Shown here: one piece after another, positions 14,566 to 15,366 of the stretch
How positions within the stretch are numbered: the stretch's first letter is position 1
How the letters are laid out: the number at the start of each line of letters is the position of its first letter
Source of the DNA: Escherichia coli
Lineage (GTDB): Bacteria; Pseudomonadota; Gammaproteobacteria; Enterobacterales; Enterobacteriaceae
Length of the DNA: 15,366 nt
Strand: one strand, 5' to 3'
Assembly: GCF_003334315.1 (NCBI RefSeq)
Contig: NZ_QOWR01000075.1
Position numbers and translations under genes: made by a program
The notes under the pieces: generated by a model
Database searches by the model: none
Seen by the model: only the letters and a program-made list of their open reading frames with translations
What the model was told of the DNA's origin: nothing

Positions 14566-14913
14566 TCAAAAACGCATGCGAAACGCTTCTGCCATTTTCC
14601 CAATTTTATGCATTTGGTTGTTATCTCGAGCCTGTTTATGAGGTTCAGGTTTCAGAATGGCAATGAGCAACCATGCTTGCTCATCAAACGCACCCTGACA
14701 ATATACCAAATGCGCTTCGTCATTCGTTCTGCTGAATTGGCGCAACTGTGGCGGAAATGGATTATTCACATTTGCCAGATGAATATGAGCAACTCGCTCA
14801 AATTTGATTAATGGCCAGGTAAACGAGTCGTCGTAGAGTGCATCGCGACCAAATATATCTGGCAAAACACCGTCACGCTTATAGGAAATAAAATCCGCCG
14901 TTAACGCATCAAG
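14566..14913 (-). pseudogene. yafO: yafO (ribosome-dependent mRNA interferase toxin of the YafN-YafO pair) lacking its 5' end because of IS1
   Basis: The frame stays open upstream of the track ORF and reads LDALTADFISYKRDGVLPDIFGRDALYDD...RMRF*. This matches YafO from about residue 18 onward. The reading frame is cut exactly at the IS1 inverted repeat (14913/14914). Confidence 0.85.
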
Positions 14914-15366
14914 GGTAATGACTCCAACTTATTGATAGTGTTTTATGTTCAGATAATGCCCGATGACTTTGTCATGCAGCTCCACCGATTTTGAGAACGA
15001 CAGCGACTTCCGTCCCAGCCGTGCCAGGTGCTGCCTCAGATTCAGGTTATGCCGCTCAATTCGCTGCGTATATCGCTTGCTGATTACGTGCAGCTTTCCC
15101 TTCAGGCGGGATTCATACAGCGGCCAGCCATCCGTCATCCATATCACCACGTCAAAGGGTGACAGCAGGCTCATAAGACGCCCCAGCGTCGCCATAGTGC
15201 GTTCACCGAATACGTGCGCAACAACCGTCTTCCGGAGACTGTCATACGCGTAAAACAGCCAGCGCTGGCGCGATTTAGCCCCGACATAGCCCCACTGTTC
15301 GTCCATTTCCGCGCAGACGATGACGTCACTGCCCGGCTGTATGCGCGAGGTTACCGACTGCGGCCT
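14914..15366 (-). mobile_element. IS1 (right-end portion; the element continues beyond the window)
   Basis: It starts with the IS1 terminal inverted repeat GGTAATGACTCCAACTTATTGAT (14914-14936). The following sequence and the encoded InsB match IS1 from memory. Confidence 0.95.
14929..15366 (-). CDS. insB: IS1 transposase InsB reading frame (5' partial at the window edge)
   Basis: ..[41 protein letters not shown]...LNIKHYQ*. The frame is open up to position 15366, and the track lists only the part from the internal Met (15306). Confidence 0.93.
   Translation of the reverse strand, partial: RPQSVTSRIQPGSDVIVCAEMDEQWGYVGAKSRQRWLFYAYDSLRKTVVAHVFGERTMATLGRLMSLLSPFDVVIWMTDGWPLYESRLKGKLHVISKRYTQRIERHNLNLRQHLARLGRKSLSFSKSVELHDKVIGHYLNIKHYQ

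Overview
The window has two parts.

**Right part (about 5167-15366).** This is ordinary Escherichia coli-type core chromosome. I recognised it from memory of the protein sequences; no search was run. It is in reverse orientation relative to the K-12 map:
- thrW (tRNA-Thr CGU), proA, proB, phoE, crl (intact), frsA, gpt and pepD.
- A prfH/ykfJ deletion remnant of an RtcB-PrfH pair.
- yafP, then yafO with its 5' end cut off by an IS1 copy that runs off the right edge.

**Left part (1 to about 5166).** This is an AT-rich insertion abutting the 3' end of thrW. It is very unusual for a bacterial genome because it has almost no protein-coding capacity. It contains:
- An operon of three tiny genes (62 aa, a 56 aa ribbon-helix-helix-like protein, a 117 aa winged-helix-like protein), each with a canonical AAGGAG ribosome-binding site.
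- About 2.4 kb (892-3301) with no credible ORF. This stretch is saturated with at least seven repeat or dyad families. They include two triplets of 21-23 bp iterons flanking AT-rich 13-mer tandems, which gives it an origin-like look.
- A small serine recombinase (resolvase/invertase type, 179 aa) whose promoter is embedded in res-like repeats.
- Two convergent mini-ORFs (52 and 50 aa) separated by a 16 bp hairpin.
- Two GC-richer, hairpin-dense segments that look like structured RNA or decayed genes (about 1890-2070 and about 4745-5110).

No integrase, no large replication initiator and no second att copy are visible, so the element continues beyond the left edge.

The most interesting candidate is the Rep-less, multi-operator, origin-like non-coding block together with its small DNA-binding proteins and the resolvase. 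I cannot assign it to any family from memory, and all functional readings are inference.
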